A DNA stretch of 64,000 bases from Minisyncoccota bacterium (GTDB taxonomy: Bacteria; Patescibacteriota; Minisyncoccia; Phycocordibacterales; UBA12088). Under the pieces are notes generated by a model. The model ran no database searches, was not told where the DNA came from, and was given only the letters and a program-made list of their open reading frames with translations. This document shows, one piece after another, positions 8,410-16,905 of this stretch (position 1 is its first letter; every line of letters starts with the position of its first letter). The translations under genes and the position numbers were made by a program. The stretch spans positions 2,004-66,003 of the forward strand of contig JAYRSE010000001.1 of NCBI GenBank assembly GCA_041920275.1, in the 5' to 3' direction.

Positions 8410-10959
8410 CTACTTGAACAACTCGCGTATTGCTCGTCGGGTTTCGGATTGGGGGACCATTTGGAAGTCGTATTGCGAGAAGGTTTTGAGGGTGCCTGCC
8501 TTACGCTTCGCACTCTCGGTCATTTTTTGAAATACAAGCTCTTTGTATTTGGTGTCGAGGTTTTCCGCGAGTTGGTCCCCTTTGCTTTCGAGGATATACA
8601 CGAGTTCCACCTTTCCTTCGTCGTTTTGTTTGGCAATCACAAAGTCGGGGTATATCTTATTTTTCCGCCACGCTTGTATGTGGTAAAAACTATCTTCCAC
8701 TTTGTTACGCATCCACCACAGTACCTTGTCTTGTTTGCCGAGTTCTTCCACGATCTGCTTTTCAAGGTTGTTCATGGTCACAAAGTCTACCGCACCATGC
8801 AAAGACTTCGGGTCGGTGCGTATGGGGACCATCTTTTTCGGGTCGTCTTCGCTCTCTTTGGCGGGAGCATTGTACTTTTCGGGTACGTGGTAGCCACCTT
8901 CTTCAGTGATAGCCAGAAATACCGTACCATCCTCCACAAGGGCATTAAATACCGCGAGCTCTTCGGTGTGGCACACTTGCTTCACAAAGGACGCAAGCTC
9001 ATGCGCTATGTACCCAAAGTCGCTTTCTATGATCTCGCGTGAAAATGTCTCTGAAAGCCCCGCTACGACGCGCTCGACAAAAGAAAAAGCAACAAAGGGG
9101 TTGGTGATGTGTTCGGAAACGATTTGTGTGATGATGTACTCATCGCCACCCTCCACACCCTCTTTTTCGTAGGCGGTCCCGTCACCTTGGTACGTGTCAC
9201 CGAGGAAATACTGCAAGTCTTTACCGCGCACTTTTTGCTGTCCGACACTTGCACGCAATGTTTGAAGGAGTGGGGCAATGTCTACCGTGTGCCAATCTAT
9301 CCGTGGCAAGATGTCGGAGCGGTAGGAAAGTACCCGCACGCGTTTGCCGTCTTGTATGTGCCACAAGGGAAGGGCGAGTGACGAAGCGTACTTCCTTTTG
9401 AAGTGTGGCTGTATGGGAAACGCCCGCCATGCAAGCTCTCGCCCGCTTGGTCCCGACGTACCACGTACGGTGTCCACGACGTCCTCAAGTCCGTCCGCCT
9501 CAAGTGATTTTTTAATGCCGTGCAAAAGCTCTTGCCCGTCGCTATGGTTGAAAAACGTGTAGCACTGATCAAGCTCCGGTACGCCCGTCCTCTTGGTGTA
9601 TGGCTGGCGCAACACACGCCCTACGAGCTGGGTGAGTGCGGTCACGCTACGTGAAGCAGACACCACCCCGAGTACATAGGCAAACGGGCAGTCCCACCCC
9701 TCCATGAGTGCCTGTTTGGTGATGATGTAGCGTATTTCACAGGTGTCTGAAAGGAGTACCTCATCTTTGAGCTCATCGACGTACGAGGACTTTATAGCTA
9801 TCTGTGAGGCGGGTATGCCCAGTTCCGAAAGGTAGTCTTTTATGTCGTCGGCGTGTACGTGCATACCGTCACGCTTATCCTTTCCCGTGCGTTCTGCCTG
9901 TAAAAGGGCAATAGGGCGTATGTAGTCACCGCGCGCCTCACCGTGTCGCTTTGCAATCTTTTCGAGTTCATCGCGTCTATCCCGCACATCATGAATAAGT
10001 TCGCGCCAGTTGTCGTTTTTTTCGGGGCGGACGTTTATCGGGAGCTTGATCATTTCATCGCGGTACAGGTCCATGCCTTTTATTTTTACGAGCACATTCA
10101 TGTCGGGCTTGGGGGTGGCGGAAAGTCCCACGATACAGCGCGGGTTTAAGGAGTCGAGTACTTTCCTTTGTGCGTCGGTATACACTTTGTGGAACTCATC
10201 GACGACAAAGAGTGGGTTGCATACACGTACGACATTGCCGAGACTTGTCTTCAGGGAAGGTATACCGAGGAAGTCATCTTTGAAGCACTCAAGCGAAGGG
10301 TACGCCTCCAAAAGTGCCACTATCTTTTCCCGCTCATGTTCGTGAGGGAAAAAGTCCATGAACACACCCGAGTCTTTGAACACTTTCAAGTTTTCTTTAC
10401 TCTCTTGGTTTGCCGACTGTATCATGAGCATGAGCACCACCAAGTTTTCTTCTATATCTTGATAGCGTAGCGTGTCGCTTTTTTCCACTATGCGCGTACG
10501 GTCCCCGCTCATTTGGTCTAATATTTGGCGGTATGGGTTTGTTTTGTCTTGTAGTTTTTCTATGGTCTGGCGGTATATCGCTTCGGAGTGCACGATCCAT
10601 ACCACGAGCCCTTTGCTTTTTTCCAAAAACTGCTCGTGAAATAGTTCAATAGCCTTTACCCCGAGGAGTGTCTTTCCGCCACCTGTCGGCACTTGCAGAC
10701 ACAGGCGCGGGTACAGCGTACCGTCTGCCGTGGCGGGTAGGTCCCGAAACGCGTCACCTTGAAACGTGTCGCCGTATGCTTTGTGGTACAGGGTACGCAA
10801 GGGCGGGGCGTCCGCCTTGAGGTCGTGTACCATGTCGGAGAGTCCCGCTTGTGTAAGCTTCGCCACCTTTTCCTCATGCGCGCCGAGCTCACTTTTCCAA
10901 GCACGGAAAAATGCTTCAAGCTCGTGCACTACTTTTTGTTGCGAACTTTTGAGGAGCAT
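8410..10959 (-). CDS. res: type III restriction enzyme Res subunit
   Basis: Walker A PTGGGKT, DEFH, SATP, EGWDCP, QLVGRVLR, C-terminal PD..ESK nuclease motif; directly downstream of Mod. Confidence 0.9.
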   Translation of the reverse strand: MLLKSSQQKVVHELEAFFRAWKSELGAHEEKVAKLTQAGLSDMVHDLKADAPPLRTLYHKAYGDTFQGDAFRDLPATADGTLYPRLCLQVPTGGGKTLLGVKAIELFHEQFLEKSKGLVVWIVHSEAIYRQTIEKLQDKTNPYRQILDQMSGDRTRIVEKSDTLRYQDIEENLVVLMLMIQSANQESKENLKVFKDSGVFMDFFPHEHEREKIVALLEAYPSLECFKDDFLGIPSLKTSLGNVVRVCNPLFVVDEFHKVYTDAQRKVLDSLNPRCIVGLSATPKPDMNVLVKIKGMDLYRDEMIKLPINVRPEKNDNWRELIHDVRDRRDELEKIAKRHGEARGDYIRPIALLQAERTGKDKRDGMHVHADDIKDYLSELGIPASQIAIKSSYVDELKDEVLLSDTCEIRYIITKQALMEGWDCPFAYVLGVVSASRSVTALTQLVGRVLRQPYTKRTGVPELDQCYTFFNHSDGQELLHGIKKSLEADGLEDVVDTVRGTSGPSGRELAWRAFPIQPHFKRKYASSLALPLWHIQDGKRVRVLSYRSDILPRIDWHTVDIAPLLQTLRASVGQQKVRGKDLQYFLGDTYQGDGTAYEKEGVEGGDEYIITQIVSEHITNPFVAFSFVERVVAGLSETFSREIIESDFGYIAHELASFVKQVCHTEELAVFNALVEDGTVFLAITEEGGYHVPEKYNAPAKESEDDPKKMVPIRTDPKSLHGAVDFVTMNNLEKQIVEELGKQDKVLWWMRNKVEDSFYHIQAWRKNKIYPDFVIAKQNDEGKVELVYILESKGDQLAENLDTKYKELVFQKMTESAKRKAGTLKTFSQYDFQMVPQSETRRAIRELFK

Positions 10960-10961
10960 GA

Positions 10962-12539
10962 TTATTTTCTCTGAAAGAGGGCAAAGGGTATTTGTACAAA
11001 GGAAATACCGCGTGCATCAAGCTCATCTTTGTCGATAAAACAGGCGGGTGCGTACACTATCTTTTTACCTTCGGTGTCTTGCACGAGGTCAAGCCAGTCG
11101 CGGGTGAGGGCGAGGGTTTTCAACCCTTCGAGCGTGTCTTTGTACAAACAGTACACGCGGGTGTGTTTGGTACCCGAGACTATCTCCCATGTGGCGTTTG
11201 GCTTCTTTACTTCCTCTATGGGCTTGCCGGTCGCGAGATAGTGTACGTATTTGGCGAAACTCTCCCATGAGGGCAAGTCTTTGCCTTTCAGTATGTCCCG
11301 CGCGTTTATGGAAGGACCGAGGGTGTAGTAGGTGAAGCCCACGTCGAGCTTGTCGCGTTTGATCACGCGACGTACACGTTCAGCGGTTGTTTTGTTTGCA
11401 TAACTCTCTGTTTCGACAAGAATGTACTTTCTATCGCCACCGTCTTCTTTGTTGAGCTCTAGTATAGCTTGTGCAGTGGTGCCAGAGCCAGCAAAGGAGT
11501 CAAGGATAACATCCTTGTCAAAAGTAACTTGTTGCATGAGAGTCTTGATAAGGGATACTGGTTTTGGGAAAGGAAAAGTATCATCGTCGAGTATTTCTCG
11601 AACTTCACGAGTGCCGTGTAATGTGTATCCGACAGATTCATTAAGTATAGTTGAAAATCCTGTATTTTTGTCTGCCAATTCCGAAAAAAATTTCTTCTCT
11701 CTTGGTCGTCCCTCCACTTTGCGAGGAAATATTATTCGACTGTCTTCAATTTTACCTTTCATTGTTTCTTTTGAGTATCGCCATCCAGTGTCCTTTGGAC
11801 ATGAGTAACTTTGTCCAGTTTTTGGGTCAATAATCGGGTAGTGTAAGTTGGGTCTTTGTGATTCATTTGCAAGTCCAAGAATACTGTTACTCATCCATAT
11901 GCCACGTTCGTCATTGTCTGGGTTTGAATATTTGCCAATATCAGAAGGCTTACCCTTGAATGAAAGCGTATCATTCTTGCCATAAACAAGAATATACTCA
12001 TGGTCGTTAGATACTTTGTTGATATTCCTACTGTCAACAATCTGTCTACTTTTCCAAATCAATGTGGTTAAAAAGTTTTTATCGCCAAATACTTCATCTA
12101 GTAGAATTTTCAATCTTGATTGTTCTATATCGTCGATACTGATGAATATGACACCATCTTCTGCCAACAACTCCCGTAAAAGTTTGAGACGCGGAGTCAT
12201 CATGCACAGCCACTTGTCGTGGCGGGTGAGGTCTTCACCCTCTTTGCCGACCGTTTGCCCGAGCCAGTCTTGTATCACAGGACTGCTCACGTTGTCGTTG
12301 TATACCCACCCCTCATTGCCTGTGTTGTAGGGTGGGTCGATGTAGATACATTTCACTTTGCCTTGATATTTAGGAAGAAGTGCTTTCAAGGCAAGGAGGT
12401 TGTCGCCTTCGATGATCATGTTTTCGTGTTCACCCGCGCCCGCAAGCGAGGACTTCTTGTCTTTATCGAGCGTGTGGTAGGGCACCGAGAGGTGGTGGTT
12501 CCATACCGCCGTTTTGCCTTTGAAGTTGAGTGATGCCAT
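10962..12539 (-). CDS. mod: type III RM Mod subunit (N6-adenine DNA methyltransferase, beta class)
   Basis: IEGDNL, YIDPPYN, FPKP, DSFAGSGTT. Confidence 0.92.
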   Translation of the reverse strand: MASLNFKGKTAVWNHHLSVPYHTLDKDKKSSLAGAGEHENMIIEGDNLLALKALLPKYQGKVKCIYIDPPYNTGNEGWVYNDNVSSPVIQDWLGQTVGKEGEDLTRHDKWLCMMTPRLKLLRELLAEDGVIFISIDDIEQSRLKILLDEVFGDKNFLTTLIWKSRQIVDSRNINKVSNDHEYILVYGKNDTLSFKGKPSDIGKYSNPDNDERGIWMSNSILGLANESQRPNLHYPIIDPKTGQSYSCPKDTGWRYSKETMKGKIEDSRIIFPRKVEGRPREKKFFSELADKNTGFSTILNESVGYTLHGTREVREILDDDTFPFPKPVSLIKTLMQQVTFDKDVILDSFAGSGTTAQAILELNKEDGGDRKYILVETESYANKTTAERVRRVIKRDKLDVGFTYYTLGPSINARDILKGKDLPSWESFAKYVHYLATGKPIEEVKKPNATWEIVSGTKHTRVYCLYKDTLEGLKTLALTRDWLDLVQDTEGKKIVYAPACFIDKDELDARGISFVQIPFALFQRK

Positions 12540-12582
12540 GGTGTGTGTATTATGGCACAAGTATACCACAGGGTTTGCGTGT

Positions 12583-12805
12583 GACCCGAGAGGACTCGAC
12601 GATGTGTCACTAACCGCTTTTATACTAGACCCGAGAGGACTCGTCCCGCTTTTTCTAATTCGCTTCGCTCATAAGAACGCTGGACGCGGCTCGCAGCCCC
12701 ATTCCGCTTCGCTACATGGGGACCCGCTGCTCCGCCGTTCGAGTCCTCTCGGGTCCTACCGGAACGCAACAAAACCGAAGCGTTCGCTTCGGTTTTGGCG
12801 TCCGG
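12583..12805. repeat. tRNA-Ala 3'-end repeats and multi-hairpin element, right copy
   Basis: GACCCGAGAGGACTCG direct at 12583 and 12628, inverted GTTCGAGTCCTCTCGGGTCC 12737-12756; hairpins with CGCTTCGC loops. Confidence 0.85.
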
Positions 12806-12878
12806 TGGACCCGAGAGGACTCGAACCCCCTACCTCCTCAGTGCAAATGAGGCGCTCTACCAGGTGAGCTACGGGCCC
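12806..12878 (-). tRNA. tRNA-Ala(TGC), CCA not encoded
   Basis: GGGCCCG/CGGGTCC-A acceptor with G3:U70, anticodon arm CCTCA-TTTGCAC-TGAGG, GTTCGAGTC T-loop; followed by CCG. Confidence 0.95.
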
Positions 12879-12986
12879 GGTGATAAGAAGGTGAGCGAAC
12901 CGTTCGTTCGCACCCTCAACAGAACGAATAGTACAGAAATTTTCCCGGATGCGCAAGGAGCGCAAGTGTGTGTCCAAGTGCGTGCA

Positions 12987-13598
12987 CTAGACGAGTGAAC
13001 GTATGTCCGCTTCGAGTTGTGGGAATGTGGGAGTGTTGAAGTGCCCCATGTTCTCACAGGTGCGCACTGTCGCGTCGGTGAGTTTGCGCGCGTAGAGCTC
13101 CACGTGCGTGTAGGGCACCACCGGGTCGTCGGTGCTGTGGTAAAGGAATATGCGACCCGCCCGCGCCTCGAACACCCGCAGGTCTTGCGGGGGCACGAAC
13201 TCGCCCAGTGATTCGTCCAGATCGGTATCTTGAAATGGCGCCGCAACAAGCAGGGTCGCGGTGATCCGCACCGGAAGCTCGTGTTCCGAGAGGTACCGCA
13301 CCAGGAAGACGCCACCCAACGAGTGGCCGATCAGTATGAGACCGTCGTTGAAGAGCGGTAGTATGCGTGAGAAGTAGAGTTCCCACTCGGTGTACACCGC
13401 GTTCGTGCCGTTCGGCATATGTGGAGCGAACACATCGAACGAGGGGCCGAGCGTTTCCGCGAGATTGCTCTTCCAGTCTCGTAGGGATCGCACTCGGTCG
13501 AGTGTGAGAGTCTTGGTGCGGAGGAAGGCAAGATACTCTTCGTGGGAAGGGAATGTGGTGCCCCCGTGGATATAAAGCAGTTGTTGCGTTCTTTGCAT
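12987..13598 (-). CDS. RBBP9/YdeN-like alpha/beta hydrolase
   Basis: IHGG, GHSLGG, HSTDDPVVP, GHF. Confidence 0.85.
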   Translation of the reverse strand: MQRTQQLLYIHGGTTFPSHEEYLAFLRTKTLTLDRVRSLRDWKSNLAETLGPSFDVFAPHMPNGTNAVYTEWELYFSRILPLFNDGLILIGHSLGGVFLVRYLSEHELPVRITATLLVAAPFQDTDLDESLGEFVPPQDLRVFEARAGRIFLYHSTDDPVVPYTHVELYARKLTDATVRTCENMGHFNTPTFPQLEADIRSLV

Positions 13599-13779
13599 AA
13601 AGGGAAATGGTTATCTACTGGCGCTCGCGGGAGCTTTCGATCAGTGCGCCTGCAGTGATCATGATACCACAATTCATTACGTGGTACGGAGCAGGTTCGT
13701 GGTACACTGTAATGAATGGTCATGGCGACCGAACACCCTGTTGGGTTATTAAGGGTATCAATACTCACATACTGTCTAT

Positions 13780-14574
13780 ATGGAACACATCAAATCCAAT
13801 GTCGGCCTGTATGTCATCCTCGGGATCGTGCTGCTCCTCGGAGTCGTGTCGGGGATCGTCATAACAACACAGCACTCCGATGAAGGGTCCGAAACAAAAA
13901 AGGACGACCCGGTTCCGGGCGGGGAGGACGCGTCGCGGTCGATCGAGGTCGAGCTTGCTTGCACGAACGAGTATGCGATGCGTGCGACCTACTCAGAGCC
14001 GGATGCCCGAGGGGTGATGCAAAAGCTCACCTTGACCGTAACCCAAGGGGAAGTCGCGACCCTGCACGTGATGACGCCCGCCCGTTCCGGAAGCGGATCA
14101 CGGTTCGAGACCTCGGATGGCGTGTATGCGCTCTGGGAACACCAGGATGAGTTTCGGTACATGGTGAATGATGTTGATACTGCGGTGTGTCACAGGGTTG
14201 ATCTTTCGCAAGACACCGGTGCCGTGGGCGATGTCTCGGAAGACGGCCTTACCGGCAGGGTGTGGGTATTTGCGGATGCGGCGACACCCGAGGGCGGTGT
14301 GTTTCGACCCAAGGTGGCGGGTGCGTTCACGGTACGATTCGAAGCGGATGGAACGGTGGCCATGGGCACCGATTGTAACAATGCGAGCGGTGAATATACA
14401 CTGTCAGGAGATATGCTTGCCGTGAAGAACATCGCAAGCACCATGATGTACTGCGAAGGTTCTGAAGAAAGCAGTTTTCTGTCTCTCATCACATCGGTCG
14501 AGCGGTATACCCTTGAGGGTGATACACTCCGACTCATCCTCGCCGGAGGTTCGGGCGAGATGCGCTTTCGTTAA
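13780..14574 (+). CDS. membrane-anchored MliC-like + META (HslJ) domain protein
   Basis: N-terminal TM; ARSGSGSRF..LWEH (MliC-like); GTDCNN..STMMYC (META). Confidence 0.7.
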   Translation: MEHIKSNVGLYVILGIVLLLGVVSGIVITTQHSDEGSETKKDDPVPGGEDASRSIEVELACTNEYAMRATYSEPDARGVMQKLTLTVTQGEVATLHVMTPARSGSGSRFETSDGVYALWEHQDEFRYMVNDVDTAVCHRVDLSQDTGAVGDVSEDGLTGRVWVFADAATPEGGVFRPKVAGAFTVRFEADGTVAMGTDCNNASGEYTLSGDMLAVKNIASTMMYCEGSEESSFLSLITSVERYTLEGDTLRLILAGGSGEMRFR

Positions 14575-14628
14575 CATTCTTCCGTTGTGTCCATCGCATA
14601 TACTCGTCTGTGTCGTGTAAAAAACCGA

Positions 14629-15741
14629 ATGCTTTTTTTCGCGCTCATGGGTGCGATGTTCGTGACGGCTGCGCCCGGAGTGCACGCGCAAACGGAAACG
14701 GTACACGACGACTTGTCGGGTGTTGAGCGAGCAAAGGTGGTGCGGGTCATGGAGAGTGAGACGCGTCTCATACCGGGCACCGAAACCCCGCACCGGTACC
14801 AAACACTCGAGGCGGAACTTTTGACCGGTACCAAAGCGGGAGAGCGGGTGGTCGTGGCGAACGATTTTCTCGAGCTTGAACCGAACGACCGCTTTTATGT
14901 CATTCACTATACGGATGTTGACGGGACGGAGACGTACTCGGTGCAAGACGTTGATCGACGAGGCGCGCTGGTGCTTCTCCTCGTGCTGTTCGTGTGCATG
15001 ATCGTTGCGTTTGGCGGATGGTACGGCGTACGTGCGCTCGTTTCTCTTGCCGCCTCCCTCTTCGTGCTCGCGTACGTGCTCGTGCCCGGGCTGGTGGCGG
15101 GGTGGCCTCCGCTTGCAACATCGTTCGCGGTCGCCGGAGCGGTGCTCGGTGGAGCGATCTTCATGACGCACGGCTTCAACCGAGAATCGGTGATCGCATT
15201 TTCCGGAACCCTTGCCGCCGTCGGTGCGACGCTTCTTTTTGCGGCATGGTCGGTGTCTTTCGCTGCGCTTTCCGGCTTCTCCGCCGATGAGAGCGTGTAC
15301 CTCAATTTCAACACACGCGGGGCGCTCGACCTGGTCGCGCTTTTGGTCGGAGGTATTGTCATCGGTGCGATCGGTGTGCTTGATGATGTCGCCATCACCC
15401 AGGTCGCGGTGGTACGTGAGTTGCTCGCGAGCGCGGGGCACGAAGGGCGTGCGCATGTGTTCGTCCGTGCACTGCGGGTCGGCAGGGAACATGTCGGTGC
15501 GGTCGTGAACACGCTCGCGCTCGCGTATGTCGGAACATCGCTTCCGCTCGTGCTGCTTATGCACCTCTATCCCGCCACCGACAGCGCGCTTTTTAACATG
15601 GAGGTGTTCGCGGTCGAGATCGTTCGTACCATTGCCGGTTCTTTCGGTATCGTCCTTGCGGTGCCGCTCGTGACCCTGCTTGCGGTACGATTCCTGCGCC
15701 CGCAAGAACACTTGTCCGTGGGATCGAGAGTGGTACACTGA
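14629..15741 (+). CDS. YibE/F family membrane protein
   Basis: GAIGVLDDVAITQ, GREHVGAVVNTLALAYVG, EIVRT motifs. Confidence 0.9.
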   Translation: MLFFALMGAMFVTAAPGVHAQTETVHDDLSGVERAKVVRVMESETRLIPGTETPHRYQTLEAELLTGTKAGERVVVANDFLELEPNDRFYVIHYTDVDGTETYSVQDVDRRGALVLLLVLFVCMIVAFGGWYGVRALVSLAASLFVLAYVLVPGLVAGWPPLATSFAVAGAVLGGAIFMTHGFNRESVIAFSGTLAAVGATLLFAAWSVSFAALSGFSADESVYLNFNTRGALDLVALLVGGIVIGAIGVLDDVAITQVAVVRELLASAGHEGRAHVFVRALRVGREHVGAVVNTLALAYVGTSLPLVLLMHLYPATDSALFNMEVFAVEIVRTIAGSFGIVLAVPLVTLLAVRFLRPQEHLSVGSRVVH

Positions 15742-15835
15742 AGCGGCAAGATCGTGCTGTGCACCGCGTTCGGTGCGACATCGCGCGAAGCGCACATCAC
15801 GGCGATGTGCATGAGTGGTTAATGTAACGTGCAAT

Positions 15836-16258
15836 ATGAAATCTTTTCTCGATGAGTTCAAAGCGTTCGCGATGCGGGGCAATGTGGTCGATCTTGCGAT
15901 CGGCGTGGTCATCGGTGCGGCGTTCGGCAAGATCGTCACATCGCTCGTCGACGATGTGATCATGCCGTTCTTCGGTTTTCTTACGGGCGGTATCAACTTC
16001 ACCGGGCTCGCCTGGACCCTGCGCGAAGCGTCGGGGACAGTGCCCGCGATCGTCTTCAAGTACGGAGTCTTCTTGAATGCGGTCATCAACTTCCTCATCA
16101 TCGCATTCGCTATTTTCGTCGTGATGAAACAGATGAATCGCTTCATGAAGAAGCAAGGTGAGAAGAAGACAGAGGAAGCGCCAAAACCGAGCAAAGAGGA
16201 AGTGTTGCTCACGGAGATCCGCGACCTCCTGCAAAAGGGTGCCGGTTCTTCAAAGTAA
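15836..16258 (+). CDS. mscL: large-conductance mechanosensitive channel
   Basis: [27 protein letters not shown]; LLTEIRDLL. Confidence 0.97.
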   Translation: MKSFLDEFKAFAMRGNVVDLAIGVVIGAAFGKIVTSLVDDVIMPFFGFLTGGINFTGLAWTLREASGTVPAIVFKYGVFLNAVINFLIIAFAIFVVMKQMNRFMKKQGEKKTEEAPKPSKEEVLLTEIRDLLQKGAGSSK

Positions 16259-16273
16259 TCTTGAATACCCGGT

Positions 16274-16900
16274 ATGAACAAACAAGTACTCATGGGCACC
16301 GTGGCGGTCACACTTATTTTCGGGGGGTTTTTCACCTACGCATCGCTTCGGCTTGTGAACGCTCCCACAGAGACGGTCGTTCCTTCCGCCGAAGACCCCT
16401 CGCTTCGACCCGTGGATGCTCCCGTAAGCGAGGTCGTACAGCAGAACGGCTCCGCAGAGGATCGCTATCGGTTGGATGAAGAGGATGATGACAGGGACGA
16501 GGGGTCTTCCGAGTCGGAAAAAGATGATGATGACGACACCCCAAAGGAAGAAGAGGTGACACCTGCCGAAAAGAAGGTCGAACCCGCGACAAGCGGCACG
16601 GCCGGAAGCAGCACTGCGACACCTGTCCAACCGGCGGTCGCACCGCAAGTAACCGCTCCATCGGGGATCACCCTCGCCGAAGTCGCCACACACGGTTCCG
16701 AGGCGAGTTGCTGGATGGTGATCCGTGGCAAGGTGTACGACGTCACTTCCTACATCGGCAAACATCCGGCGGGGAAAAGCAGTATCCTCAAGGGGTGCGG
16801 AAAAGATGCGACGAGCATGTTCGAGGGGGTGAAGGGGCACCTGAAGCAAGCGACGCTCAATCTTTTACCCGGATACTATAAAGGAGAGCTTGCTTCTTAG
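16274..16900 (+). CDS. membrane-anchored cytochrome b5-like heme-binding protein
   Basis: EVATH..CWMVIRGKVYDVT..HPAG..GKDAT..H; acidic low-complexity linker. Confidence 0.88.
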   Translation: MNKQVLMGTVAVTLIFGGFFTYASLRLVNAPTETVVPSAEDPSLRPVDAPVSEVVQQNGSAEDRYRLDEEDDDRDEGSSESEKDDDDDTPKEEEVTPAEKKVEPATSGTAGSSTATPVQPAVAPQVTAPSGITLAEVATHGSEASCWMVIRGKVYDVTSYIGKHPAGKSSILKGCGKDATSMFEGVKGHLKQATLNLLPGYYKGELAS

Positions 16901-16905
16901 AACGC

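Larger units (their letters stand above)
6745..12810. mobile_element. tRNA-Ala-integrated genomic (defence) island, integrase absent
   Basis: GTGGAC direct repeat at 6745-6750 and 12805-12810 (tRNA 3' end); lower GC; type III RM cargo; pseudogene. Confidence 0.55.

Noticed and set aside
8386-9042. 218 aa plus-strand ORF inside res
   Set aside because: Antisense to the res nuclease domain; no independent signals.
12583-12826. CRISPR-like reading of the repeated GACCCGAGAGGACTCG
   Set aside because: Only 16-17 bp, irregular spacing, one copy inverted, identical to the tRNA 3' end, and no cas genes.
14404-16335. 643 aa minus-strand ORF, and similar long antisense ORFs (25552-27225, 33775-34881, 45128-46450, 59030-60094)
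   Set aside because: Shadow frames of well-supported opposite-strand genes in GC-rich DNA; no protein motifs.
16480-16560. GAT/GAC/GAA-rich low-complexity tract
   Set aside because: Encodes the acidic linker of the cytochrome b5 protein, not a DNA repeat element.
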